A DNA stretch of 64,000 bases from Chlorokybus atmophyticus (Eukaryota > Plantae > Mesostigma and Chlorokybus algae), in contig RHPI01003642.1 of NCBI GenBank assembly GCA_009103225.1, forward strand, positions 1,231,099-1,295,098, written 5' to 3'. The notes under the pieces are model-generated. The model was not told the DNA's origin. It worked only from the letters and a program-made list of their open reading frames with translations, and ran no database searches. The position numbers and the translations under genes are program-made. Shown piece after piece: positions 49,927 to 62,400 of the stretch. Positions within the stretch are counted from its first letter, which is position 1; every line of letters begins with the position of its first letter.

Positions 49927-51139
49927 AATGCCAAACAAACAAGCCCCCAATCCTGGAATGCAATCCCCGCAGCCAACTGCTACATGTCCTTGTGCTTGTG
50001 CTTGTGCTTGTGCTTGTGCTTGTGCTTGTGCTTGTGCTTGTCTTCCTCGTTGTCCATGGCTGTGATCATGTCTCGGCAACGGCGGCGCTGGCGGGGAAGG
50101 GCGGCGACCGGGTCGCTGAGCATGCAGCTGTGTGCGTGCGTAGCGTTGACAACTGCTCATCAGCCTGCAGTGCCTGAGAGTTGATGATTGGGTAGGCCCT
50201 TGTAAAGCACTCGTTGTCGAGCTAGGAAACTGGGCATTCATGCAAGTTCATTCAAGGGTGAGCACTTCGGCTATTTACAATGCACAACGTGAAAGGGCAG
50301 ACGCAAAATATAAGCTAAACTCGTTGCATGGTACTTGTTGACAACAGAACCTTGGTTGAGGCACAACCGGTTGAAAAAGCAATCAATAGTTGGGTGCTTT
50401 CTAATGCTTCATTTTCATAAGCACTACAATTTCGCCCATAAAATAAATGCTTTATGGTTGCAACACATGTGTTGTATTCTTATGTCTTGCAGGTAAGCCT
50501 TGGCTGCGGGTTATGTCTTGCAGGGAGAACACATACAGTGTGGGGTGTAAGTGCGCAAAGTAAGTGGTGCTGCGGTGCAGCTTGCGGGGTGATAAGTGAA
50601 GGAGCCTGAGGGCTGCGGTACTTGTGGTGATGGAGTTATAGGTGCAGGGAGAGAGTGGTAAGGGAAAACAAATTGTGTAGTCCCCCCTAAGCTTGGTATG
50701 AGATCGTGGTTACTCAACAAGCTCTCTGTCCAAGGATGAATGTGGACAAGCACACAGCAGTCATGTAAGTGTGTTCGTTTGTTATTCAAGTTTGCTAAGT
50801 AAAGCGAGTTTACGTGCTACAAGCACTCACCTAACAGCGAGCTTGTGGATGCCTACTGTAAGGGGGGAGTGCCCCTCCTCCCTATAATCCCCTACCCCAA
50901 CACCACCTCCAGCCACGCCGACGTCACCGCCGCTGCCGCTGCCATGGCAGCTCATCGAGCAAAAGATGATCTGGCTATGGCGGTCTGCACTCTCATGCCG
51001 ATATCAATATTACTTATCGTAACACTACATCAGGGCACTAACATTAGGTTAATGGCCCTAATATGGCTTAAATGGCTGTATAATCCCGTTGGGACCTATT
51101 TAATCTCAAACAAGGGCGGGGAACCTCTATGGAGGTAGC

Positions 51140-51645
51140 TGTCACGGACGATTAAGTAATAACGCCATAATGACCGCAACACACTTCGTGCTTTTGTGGC
51201 CTAGTGGTTTGTTACATTGGTCATCGAAGCTTGAGATCGAAAAGGTCCTGAGGTTGAAACCGCCTGCCGGTTAATTAAGAAGGATTTTTAAGAGATTTCG
51301 TCGTTATCAATCCATGATAGGTCGCGCGTCAATGCGCGACTTGCCGGACGGCAGTCGGACATTCTGATGCGTCGCGCGTACCTGGAGCCGCCGCTGTGTA
51401 GTACCGCGCAACTAGCCTGACGACAACCGACAGTCGGTCACCCAGCGGCGCAATGCGCGCTGCGACTGCTCAGTGATAATTGCAAAAAACGCTTCTACTG
51501 CTTACTGACGAGAAGCCCTGTAAAAACTCGCATATAATGAGGACATTAAATGCCTAAATGGGGGGAATGTCACGGACGACAAGTTAAAACGCCACAATGG
51601 CTGCAAAACACACTTCGTGCTTTTGTGGCCTACTGGTTTGTTACA
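51140..51645 (+). mobile_element. TRIM family 2 (506 bp, 77-78-bp LTRs)
   Basis: LTRs TGTCACGG...GTTACA at 51140-51216 and 51568-51645. Perfect TSD GTAGC (51135-39, 51646-50). PBS TGGTCATCGAAGC; PPT GGGGGGAA before the 3' LTR. Confidence 0.92.
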
Positions 51646-51809
51646 GTAGCACTCCGTTACATTCCCCCCACTTAGGTTTCAATGTCCTCATCAAAGGGTT
51701 TGCAAAGCCCCATCGTGAGTCAAGAAACAAAAGTAATGAGAGAACCAGGGCCGAAGCGGTAAAAATGTCTGCCATCACCCTTTTACCGTTCGCGTGTGGA
51801 CACAGTACT

Positions 51810-52400
51810 CCAGTACCCCCGAAGAGTTTTCTAGCATTTGGTAAGATTCCTTTTGGGCTCCCATGTATTGTGCTCAACACCATACCCTTTTTATTTCATT
51901 TAATAAAACGGCGCGCATCCGCGTCGAGGTTTACGGTAATTCAGGATTACTTCCACCTCATACTAAAAAGTATCGTCGCCATCCACTGCAGCGGGGGGTG
52001 GAGGAGGTTGAACCCGACCGTCAGAACGGTACGATTTTAGTACACTCACATGCAACACATTGTAAATGCGTATCGTCTTTGACAAGTTCAAACCATACGC
52101 GTGAGTGCCGACCCAATTAATCACTTTAAAAAGGGCCTATCCAGCGAGGGAAGAACTTGCGGGTGTGTGTCCGACACCGCGATCAGGGGGTAAGCCTGGC
52201 AACTCATCGGAGAATACGTATTGATACTTCTCAAGGATGTCCGCAACACCTTCCGTACTGCCTAGCACAAAGTCGTCAGACGACGTTAAGTGTACCAAAA
52301 AAGCCGGTGTGTTTTTACCGAATGCACGCTTCACTTGCAGTGCAATGTGAAGCGCGGGGTCAGTTTGCTTTGGGATCCCCACGCACAAGTGGCGGAACAT
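51810..52400 (-). pseudogene. pol remnants: protease-RT linker and integrase C-terminal chromodomain
   Basis: ILEKYQYVFSDELPGLPPDRGVGHT; HVSVLKSY...YEVEVILNYRKPRRG...K*KGYGVEHNTWEPKRNL..C...YW (chromodomain consensus with stops). Confidence 0.8.
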
Positions 52401-55400
52401 TGTTCATCAACTCGTGCTCGAGCATACGGATCACCATTTCCCTGCTTGCACGAGGAAGTGTGGCAGAATCCGTTTCATAGCCACCTCGAACCTTCTGTGC
52501 CCACGCCTCCCACGTTTCCTGACGAAGCTGAGGGTGGGTGTCAAGTAGAGCCTTACGCTCTAAGGCATACTTCTCAATAGCCCCGCGAATGACACTTTGT
52601 GTATCTATTGTAGCTTGTCCACTCTGAGTAGACTGGTTGGGAGAAGCTTCGCTATCTTGCGAAGCTTCATCCTTGTCACTCTCAATAAGCTTGTAGCTCT
52701 CACTCGTATCCGAGTTCCTCTATCATCATTCGCCGGCTCGTATGATGACGATGAGTCAGGGATGGCAAAGTACTTCTCACCTCCCTCTCCTTGGTTAGCC
52801 ATCTGCCCAAAGATATAAGCCATTAGCAAGTGCACAATACACAAATTGTGCACTGCAAAAAGTGGCAAATTTTCGTGCTTTTGTCTCGTCAAGTTTCGAA
52901 GGGTTTATGTAGAGTACACAGCTCCAAAAGGAGCTCTCCAAACAACTCTTAACTTGAATCAATCACTTTACAACAAACCGTACGCAATGCCCGCGACGGT
53001 TCATGAGCTGTGGCTGCTCAAAGTTCTTACTTTGTACAACCCAACTCCACTCATAGTTACAATTAACACACGGGGTGCCAAAACTTTGTTGAATCGACCT
53101 TACAGCCAATATCGTCAAGTTGTGAGTCTGGAATTTCATATTGGCTGCCCAAAAATTCTGGCGGCCTCACCGCGCTCACTGGCGGCAACGAGGCAACCGA
53201 TGTTGCCACCAAACTGCCCCCAAGGAAATCATCAGAAATAGATAAAAACCCGTACACCACCACAAATTCATGTGGTGGCTAGCACGCAATCTACAATATA
53301 ATAATAAATGTATGATCACTATGTTGTATGCTTGCATGCAATGCTTGAGGGAGGGGCCTGGATGGCTGCCTCCCTTCACACGATAACAAACTAGACTAGG
53401 ACAGGCAGGTTAGGCATGGCATGGCATGGCATGCTAGGCTAGGCTAAGCTAGGCTAGGCTAGGCATCAGCACTAGAGTTAGACCACAACGGTAAAAAAAT
53501 TGAAAATAATCAATAACTTCCATTAGTTGCCGTCGCCGCCGCTTCCGCCTGCCGCCTGCCGCCGCCCCTGCAATGCCTGTCGCCTGCCACCGCCCCTCCC
53601 ACATGCCCCTTGCCGCCCGTGCTCCCATCCCAATGAAAGGGGGGAGTGCCCCTCCTCCCTCTAATCCCCTATCCCAACCCCACCACCAGCAACGCTGACG
53701 CCACAGCCGCTGCCGCTGCTGCTGCCGCTGCCGTAGCAGCTGCCAGAGCAAAAGATGCTCTGGCTAGGCGTTCGCTGTGTTAGCAGCACCGCCATGCGGC
53801 TGATAACGGCATGAGACATGACTCTCATGCCGATATCAGTAGTGTTACTCATTGTGCAACACTACATTAGGTAATTAACACTAGGTTAATGACCCCAATA
53901 TGGCTTAATTATCTGTATAATCCCGTTGGGACCCTTACTTACTTTTAAATAAGGACGGGGAACCTCTATGGAGGTAGCGTTCCGTTAAATTCCCATTGTA
54001 ACAAGTGGGCTCCGACCACTAGGCTATAGTAGCAAAACACGCTACCATGAGTGAGGTTTGTCACAATTTATCCCAAATTGTGACATTCCTCCCCAATGTA
54101 ACCCATGGGTTTCTTATTATCCAATGAAACACTTATCAGCCCACGTCACCGTGGTCACGACCGTACCACGACCGGTTCGCCCGCGGCCTTTTGAGTCCGG
54201 CCATCCTTACCGCGCAACCTGCCATCACGGCGATCGCTCGCGCAGCCATAGGTCAAACTGGCTCGGCGCGCAGGTTGCGAACCTGTGCCCAGCCAAAGGC
54301 AAGCCGCTCTAAATGTTTTTTGCCCTTGTATTTGCCTCAATCCCCTACGGGAATTGAACCTAAAACGTCAAGCTGTGTTACCATTGTAAAGGGGGGAGTG
54401 CCCCTTCTCTCTCAAAACTCCAACCCCAACACCACTAGCCACGCCGACGCCGCTGCCGTGGCAGCTACCAGAGCAAAAGATGCTCTGGCTATGGCGCTCG
54501 CTGCGTTAGCGGCGCCGTCATGCGGCTGATATTGGCATGAGACATGACTCTCATGCCGATATGAGTGTTACTTATCGTAACACTACAATAGGGCATTAAC
54601 ACTAGATTAATGGCCTTAATATAGCTTAACTAGGTGTATAATCCCGTTGAGACCCTTATTTAATCCTAAATAAGGGCGGGGAACCTCTATGGAGGTAGCA
54701 CTCCCTTACACTTACAACCGTGATTCTGGTTGCGCAAGGCATACAAAAGTACCATGTTCGGCAGGGGAGAAAGCAGTTGGCAGGCAACGAGGCGGTGACC
54801 ACACCAGGAGGTTAACAAAACAATGCAAGAGAGAAATAGAGCACCAAGGGCAACAGCAGGGAAGGTATACAGCAAAGGAATTCGGGCCACAGCTCTTACA
54901 AGTTTAACTCTTACATAAGGCAGCATGCATGCATGCGGTTCGCCTAGTCTGATGGTAACTTTCGAAAGTCTTGGAAGGACCGCCGCAGCTTCCACGCCAG
55001 TTTGCTTACTTGCAACTTACCACCGACCAATTCCTTAAGGTTTGCTTGAGGAAGCTGTCGAAATCGGCCGCCGCCACTACTCTGCAGCTCATTGGCTGAC
55101 AGTTAAGAAGGTGTCGATGGGTCTTGTTACGCTGTCCAACACCTGGTGAACCGGATTGGCCGATCCTGATGCTAGTAAGAGCGCACAAGGAGTGCGAGGG
55201 AGTAGTGCGTGCCGAAGGTTATGATCGTGATCATCACCGTGACAGCTGTCGTGCAGGTAAGCCTCGGCTGCGGGTGATGTCTCGCAGGGAGAACACATAC
55301 AGTGTGGGGTGTCAGTGTGCAGAGCAATTGGTGCTGCGGTACAGCTTGCGGGGTGTTAAGTGCAGGAGGCTGAGGTTTGCGGTACTTGTGGTAATGGAGT

Positions 55401-58400
55401 AGTAAGTGCAGGAGAGAGTGGTAAGGGAAAAACAAATTGTTTAATCACCTAAGCTTAGTATGAGGTCGTGGTTACTCAACAAGCTCCCCCCCTGCCTAGT
55501 CATCGGTGTTCACGCGATGAGCTTGGCACTTGTGCCAGCGCCACGGCTAGCTTGCAAAAGAAGACGCCGCATTGGGATCGGTGGCAGCGAGGGTGACGCC
55601 GAGACTGAAAGTCTCATGCCAGCATTCCCAGCAATGTCATATTCCAGTAAAGGGCGACCGCAGCTAGTGCATGTCATGTTCCGAGCTCGTGGGTGAGGTG
55701 TGCGGAGCCCTTAAACGTCTGGCATATGACAAGAGAAGCACTTTTGTACATGGTCAACTTGAATGTTACCGAAGGGATCTCGCAGGGACTGGGTGCCTTG
55801 TGCGCATACTTGCATCACCTTGTACACGGTGCCGTAGTTGGCCGGATGGGTAGAGTCCAAGGTGTTGGTGGTCTGCTTCTTGCGGTAGACCTCCACTGCT
55901 TGCGTTGACTCCACTGCTTGCGTTGCGTGACGGATGCAAAAGGGTAGCAAAGGTTCCCTCCCAAACATTAGCTGAAGGAACGCAAGGCTGTTTGCCTCGT
56001 GCAGCGGTACCCGAGTGCGAGCCAAGGCCAAAAGTCCCAGTCTTCCTGCCGGTGGGTTACACAGCAGCAACGGAGAGCTTTCTTGACTGTCTACACCATT
56101 TTCTCTGCAACGCCATCAGCCTGCGGATGACCACGGCTAGTGCGGCGGTTATCAATGAGTGAGCGGTTGAGCAGATTGTCAAATTCCCCTTGGAACTCGG
56201 TGCCGTTGTCAGTAAGCAGCTCTGCGCGAGGCGCGAAGTCCTTTGAGAATGTGCTCCAAGTACGCCCGCATCACAGTGCATGTTGTCTTGTCTGGTAGAG
56301 GTATCAACTCCACCCACTTGCTGGAGTGCTCGATGGCAATAAGTATGTCTGTACGTTGCCGCGACGGATGATGGGCAGCTCTCCTGCCAGGTCCAAGCTC
56401 CAGCGGTAACCAAGCTCCATGATGGGCAAGGGATGCAGCCGAGAGTGGCGATGTCAGAAGCTTGCTTGGATGTGATTGCAAAACTTACACTGTCTCCATA
56501 CCTCCACAATGTTGCGTGCCAGTCCGTCCCACCAGTAGTTTCCACGCATAATTTTGGCAGTGCGCTTCATGCCAAAGTGCCCAAGCTGGTGATGCAAGTT
56601 GGCAATGATGGACGCTCGGCGGTTGGGTGGGGGGAACCTCCTTGCGCTGGCAATCGTTCATGATGCGCCAGAGGACATCGTTATCCCAAGTGTAGTTCTT
56701 GGCGCGATGCTGCGCGTGGTCGGTCATTTTGATGATGATGATGATCCAGCCCAGTAAATAAGGCTCATAACTATTGAGGATATTCCTACATCTAGGTCAG
56801 CCAATTAGCTTGCCCTCTGCATTGGGATAGCCGCTAGAGGATTCCAGGCGACTCAAGTTGAGAGGTCCAGGCGCGAGAAGGTTCCAAGGGCGTCGCAGAG
56901 TCCGGAGTTTGAAAACTTCCAGGCGCTGTAGTAGAATGATTGTATTCCGGTAGTTATTTGACTATTTGGCGCGTGCCATAGCTTGTTAAAAAGCTCATGA
57001 AGTTAGCTACTTGGAGCATATTGGAGTGCAAGTTAGGGCTAAGTGTACTAGATGCAGTAGCTTCTAGAGTAGCTTTTAGAGTATAAGCAAGTGTAGCTGG
57101 CGGGTATAAAACCCGTGGACATGATGGCAATAGATGGTCTTATATGGTCTCCTAACGCTGGTGTTGTGGCATGCACTTATGCATTTGTATGCTTGTTATT
57201 ATCCATCTCAACACTGTTGAGCTCAGCTGCATGGTGAGCTTATCGGTCCAGATGTCTCCTTCTTCTGCAGGGGTATGGTGGCCCTGAGTACTGGGTTGCG
57301 GGCCTCGGCGTGTATGCCGGCTGCTACCACTAACATGGCGTGAATTTGCGGGGCGTGTTGCCGTTGTATCGGGCGTCAATGGCAGTTGCTAGTAAGTTTG
57401 TCGCTGGTGAGAAGCCACTGCAGAGGCTGATGATCAGCGACCAACTCAAACTGATAGCCGAAGAGGAATGGGCGATAGAAATGGCCTTGACAGCTGCAAG
57501 CTACTCCCCTTCATAGCTGCTGTAATTGGCTTCCGCAGCGTTAATGCTCCAATCGGCGTAAGCAACGACTTGTTCCTTACCCTCGTTGTTCTTCTGGTAG
57601 AGCACCGCACCCAGCCCAAGCCCTTCATACTCCAGTCGGTGTGGAGTATGAAGGGCTTGCTTTAGTTAGGGCGTGCGAGTAATGGATCCGACTGTGGGTG
57701 GCTTTTCAGTGCCTCAAAGGCTTGATGCTCGGCTTCTCCCCATTGCCAAGGGATGGCTTTCTTCAGCATGTCATTGAGAGGTTTGGCCAACCTAGAGAAA
57801 TCGAGCACGAACCGACGGTAATAGTTGGCAGGACCAATAAAGGCGCAAACGCGAGATGTCCGTGGGTGTTGGCACCTTCAGCAATCCATCCACTTTTTTC
57901 TGCTGCACCATCACTCCATAAGGGGCGATATGGCGGCCGAGGTATGAAATTATGTCCGCAAAGAACGTGCACTTCTTATGGTGTGCCGTGAGCCCATGCT
58001 CTTTTAATCGGTGCAACACCTTGTTGATATGCTACAGGTGCGCTTCAGCGATGTGGCTGAAGCGCACCTGTAGATGAAAATGTTATCAATGTAGCCACCT
58101 GGATTTGTTCAGCCTATGAGAAGAGTGATGTCCATCACGCGTTGGAAGACAACAATTGTATTTTTCAATCTAAAAGGCATAACCTTCCACTGATGCAGTT
58201 TTTCGTGCCCCAAAAAGCGGTCTTGCACTTGTCCTTCCTTGATGCCGATCCGATAGAATCCGGAGCGCATGTCCAACATTGAAAGTACTTGCAGGTGCTA
58301 TTGTTGTCGAAGATCTCGTCGAGGGTATACATGCGGTAGCAATCCAGCACTGTGTGATTATAGAGGTTGGGAAATCGCCGCACATTTGTCGCTACATCCA

Positions 58401-59051
58401 CTGTCCTTGCTCATCCTTCTTCAAGGGCATGACAATGGCGGCTGCGTACTGTGTGGTGGGTGCTGCTTCCTCAATGAGTCCTGCGTCTAGCAGCTTCTTG
58501 CGGTTGGTTCCAATAAGCTGCATCTCAACCTTTGCCAACGGGTGTTGCTTGTGGAAGATGGCCCAGGTGTGTCGAAGTCCATAGTAGATTTATGCAAGTT
58601 GCACTTGCTCAGATCTTTGAGTGAATGATCAATCTGTGTCTTGTGCTCTTCAGGGAGGGACTTCCACTTGTCCTCGACATTGCCGAAGGCCATACAGCCA
58701 ACGCACCAACCGTCTTGCTCAGGTTCGTAGCTGTGAGGAACGTCAAGTGCTTCAAGCTCAACGCAGTGAACGGCTATGGAGACGAATGACGGGTCCATGA
58801 TTTCTGCTAGTTGCCAGCTGGTCACAATTGAGGAGATCCTCAAGCTCATCCCTCCCACTAAAGAGGTCGTCGATTTCTTCCAAGAGGCTGTCTCGCTCAG
58901 TATGTAGGTCGGGATTGCCCCTGGCAAAGGCAGCAAGCTTGGCTGCGGATTTGCCCCCAGCCTTGTTGCCATCGAGAGGGCCGGATATGCCCTTACCCTT
59001 CCTCTCGTCGTCGTCGTTGTTGTTGTTGTTGTTGTTGTTGTAGTCAGCGCT

Positions 59052-59410
59052 TGTAACCGGAATGTACATTTAATAACCACAAATTGACCTGCACCAAGTC
59101 TTTTATGGTTGAGTGGGTTGTGACATTGACCATCGGAGCTTGAGACCCGAGTTCGTCTCCTGCCTTGCACACGGATTCCGTGGTCGTTGTTTCTCGATCA
59201 ATTAACATCGTAAATGGTCACTTCATAAGTGCCATTACCAATGGGTCGAGACTTGCCTAATGGCAGTCGCGCCGACGTTCGGTTGGCGGTGCAAGACGCG
59301 ACCTGCCTGTCGCGATGCGACTTGTGGGGCCGGCAGCGGTGCGCTATGCGTTGACCGGTATGGGCCATTAGTTGGCCGGTGCTTGGCAGTGGGGCCGGTG
59401 ATCGACCCTA
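59052..59410 (+). mobile_element. Second, 3'-truncated copy of TRIM family 1 inside the gypsy element
   Basis: LTR 59052-59125 and internal sequence colinear with 36217-36007, 26230-26176 and 22840-22730 (reverse complement). No second LTR. Confidence 0.88.
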
Positions 59411-62400
59411 ACATGCCGCAGTGGTTGCAAAGGGCATCAGCGCGTGGCATCGGTCATACGCGCATGAAGTGCCCCTCTTTGCTGCACATGTGGCAGATTT
59501 GGGAGGGGTTATCCTCTACTAGCACGACGGCATGAGCAGCGTGCGTGTGTTTAGGTGGTGCAGAGGTGGAGGCCGAGCCGATGCCGCTGCTGCAATGTGC
59601 GAGGCCACCGGTTTCAAGTAGCCTGCTCTTGAACCAGATCCTCTTGCCAGTACACAGAGCGCATGTATGCCTGGTAAAGGGTGTAGTTGGCTTCGCCACA
59701 CAAGTCAGCCTTCACATGCTTGCGCAAGAGTGGTTCAAGGTGCTCCACATACAACCGTGCTTGATGATAGGGGTTGAGGAGAGGCATCTCGTTAATAATA
59801 AGGGTGGTGTCCTCAACCAGATTGACAATGCGCTCGTAGAAGGGACTGGCATCTCCTTTGGCTTCCTTCTTAGCTGGATGAGGTATGCATCCTCGTAATA
59901 ACGGGAAAGCGTTAGCTCGGTCGAAGGACCAAGTCCGCCCATGGTGAGAGTGCTGCCAGCTTGGAGAAGTCTTCTGCAGTTGGAGAATGACGAGCTGCGG
60001 GAGGTGCCGTGGCAGTAGAGTCTGCTGCCTTGGTGAGAGCATAAGCAGCGACAGCTACATTGCTGGCCATAAGCCTCATTAGCCTCGTCCTCCTGCGTGA
60101 CCAGAGGCATAAAAGGTCTGGTGGTGGCGGTGGTGCCCGAGGCACTGCTGCTAGTGTCAGTTTCCTCCGTGCAAGTGGATGGTGGCACTCGTAACGCGTA
60201 CAGCAGCTTGGGGCAGTGCACGTGAAGCACTCAGTCTGGCGCGAAGTAGTAGCTCGTCGTCAAGAAGCTCATGTGTAGAGGCAACCTCGTGCCGCACGGC
60301 TGATGCGACGTCATTCCTATACTCAGCAGCGAGGATGAGCTTCTGCTTGTCATCCCAGTTGTTCTGGGCTTGATCTTCACCGTTGAGACGATGGAGTTTA
60401 AGCGGCTGAGGCAGTATTCAATGAGATGAAGCATGCTGCTCCATTGAAGACCAGCCTTCCGCTGCCACTGCTGCCGTTGCTGCCTCGGTTGCCAATGGGG
60501 GCAACCACTTCCGGAGCTAAGGTCGCTGTGGAAAGGAGGTAGGAAGCTTGCAATGGCTGGTGGGTTATAGTTACCCACTTCTTCGTCTGGTATAGAGGGA
60601 GTCTGCTAGCGGGGTAGCTAAATCAGCTCGCCTCCAACCTCTAGATGTTCTAACTTGCCGGGTCCGTAGCTGAGTTCGTAACTCCTGAGACGCATGCACA
60701 CGCACGCAACGAACACGAACAAGGCAAAACAGACATCTTAAGTGATGACCAAGTGCTGTGGAGTAAGTTGCAAGTCAACAACCTCCTTGATTAAGATAAA
60801 TATGTGGACAAGAACACTGCAATCATGCAAGTGTGTTCATGTGTGATTGAAGTTTGCCCAGTACAGCCAGTTTACATGCTGCACTCACCTAACAGCAAGC
60901 TAGTGGATGCGTACAACCGTGATTGTGGTTGCGCAAGGCGTGCAAAAGTACCATGTTAGGCAGGGGAGCATGCGGTTGCAGGCAACGGGGTGGTGGCCAT
61001 GGCAGGAGGTTAAGGAAACAGTGTAAGAGAGAAATAAAGCATCAAAGGCAACATCTGGAAAAAAACGGTATACAACAAAGGGATTCGGACCACAGCTCTT
61101 ACACAAGGCAGGGTGCATGCACGCAGTTTGCTTGGTCTGATGGTGACATTTAAAAGTCTTGGAAGGACCGACGCCGCTGCCGCGCCAGTCCGTTCGCTAG
61201 GGTTTGCTTAAGGAAGCTGTTGATGTCGGCCGCCGCCACTACCCTGCTGCCTATTGGCTGATTTAAAGAGGTTTTAAATGGGTCTTGTCACGCTGTCCAA
61301 CACCTGGTGAACCGTTGTGGCCAAGTGTGATGCTGGTGGGGGCGCACAATGGGTGCGAGGGAGAAGTGCGTACCGAAGGTCATCACCGTGACACCTATAA
61401 CATTTACTCATATTTTATTATGTGCCTAATCATTTACATCCGGCACACTTACGCACTTTCATGCCGTGATGAACTACATCTGAGCGCCTTGAATTTATGT
61501 TGGATGAACTAGCTTGTCAAAAACAAAGCGCAAAGTATGGTGCAGTGGTAGATCCTGCCATAGTTTCAGCGCATTCATAAAGTGACATGTGCACGTGGTG
61601 AGGCGAACCCCGTTTATCTTTCGCACCGTCTACCACTTATATGCGCTAGCTTAAATTGTTGAAACCCATTTTGAAACATCGGCATCTTAACTACCATGCT
61701 ATAGCAGCAAAAGTCGCTGTCATCAAGGGAGTCACATATTCCATATGCCCCATCCCATAAATGTTACACAAGTTCACTACGTAAATTGCGTGTCATTTAG
61801 GTGTTGCATCATGCACTTGCAATGCAGAAAGAAACAGTGAACATGAGGATGTTACAAGGCAGCAAGAACGTTAATGCATGTGACTTACAACAGCAATAAT
61901 TATGGCAGGTGTTTTTACTGATGCTTATGAGTAGCAGTAGGTCAATCCACTCACTCACGTGATTATAAAGTAGTTAACATCTACAAATATGTCATGGCAA
62001 ACTCTCAAGCTTATATATGATAGGTGTGGAACAACTATATCAAAAAGTTTCGTATCATAATTATACATGCCACAAGATACAATCAAGTCTACAATTTCTT
62101 AAAACATCGCACACTCAATCTTGATGGCAAGCATTAAGTGTTAAACATATTTGGATGGTATTCCACACCAAATGAACGAATAGTTTTAGATCGTAATAAG
62201 ACACGCTATTTAGATCATTATATACATCAAGTCGACATAGCTGGGATGGGCGTGTTTTATGGAGCTGCGGGGATTGTGAGGGCTTGGGCTTTGGAGACGA
62301 AAGAGTGGCTCTTCTTTACACGCGTAAGTACACGAGTTGAACTTTGATCACCTACGGCAAGCAACTTGCTATCATCTTGGAATTAATGCAATGCAATATC

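Larger units (their letters stand above)
50857..54710 (-). mobile_element. Non-autonomous chromovirus derivative with three ~0.3-kb LTR copies, inserted in the host gypsy LTR
   Basis: LTRs TGTAAGGG...CCCTTACA at 50857-51661 (split by a TRIM), 53634-53989 and 54385-54710. Outer TSD CCTAC/CTTAC (one mismatch). PBS TGGTAACACAGC at 54383-54372; PPT at 51662-51672. Confidence 0.82.
50490..61393 (-). mobile_element. Degenerate Ty3/gypsy LTR retrotransposon with nested insertions; LTR limits approximate
   Basis: gag Zn knuckle CHMCSKEGHFMRV (~59460-59500); RT (MPFRLKN, YIDNIF-like); RNase H (FILHTDWSMKGLG, EANYSSYEGE); integrase (HGHFGMKRT, IEHSSKWVELIP, GTEFQGEF, HPQADGVAEKMVQTVK). LTR-like homology links 60.78-61.39 kb with 50.72-50.86 kb plus 54.71-55.24 kb. 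PPT-like tract at 55485-55492. Confidence 0.85.
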
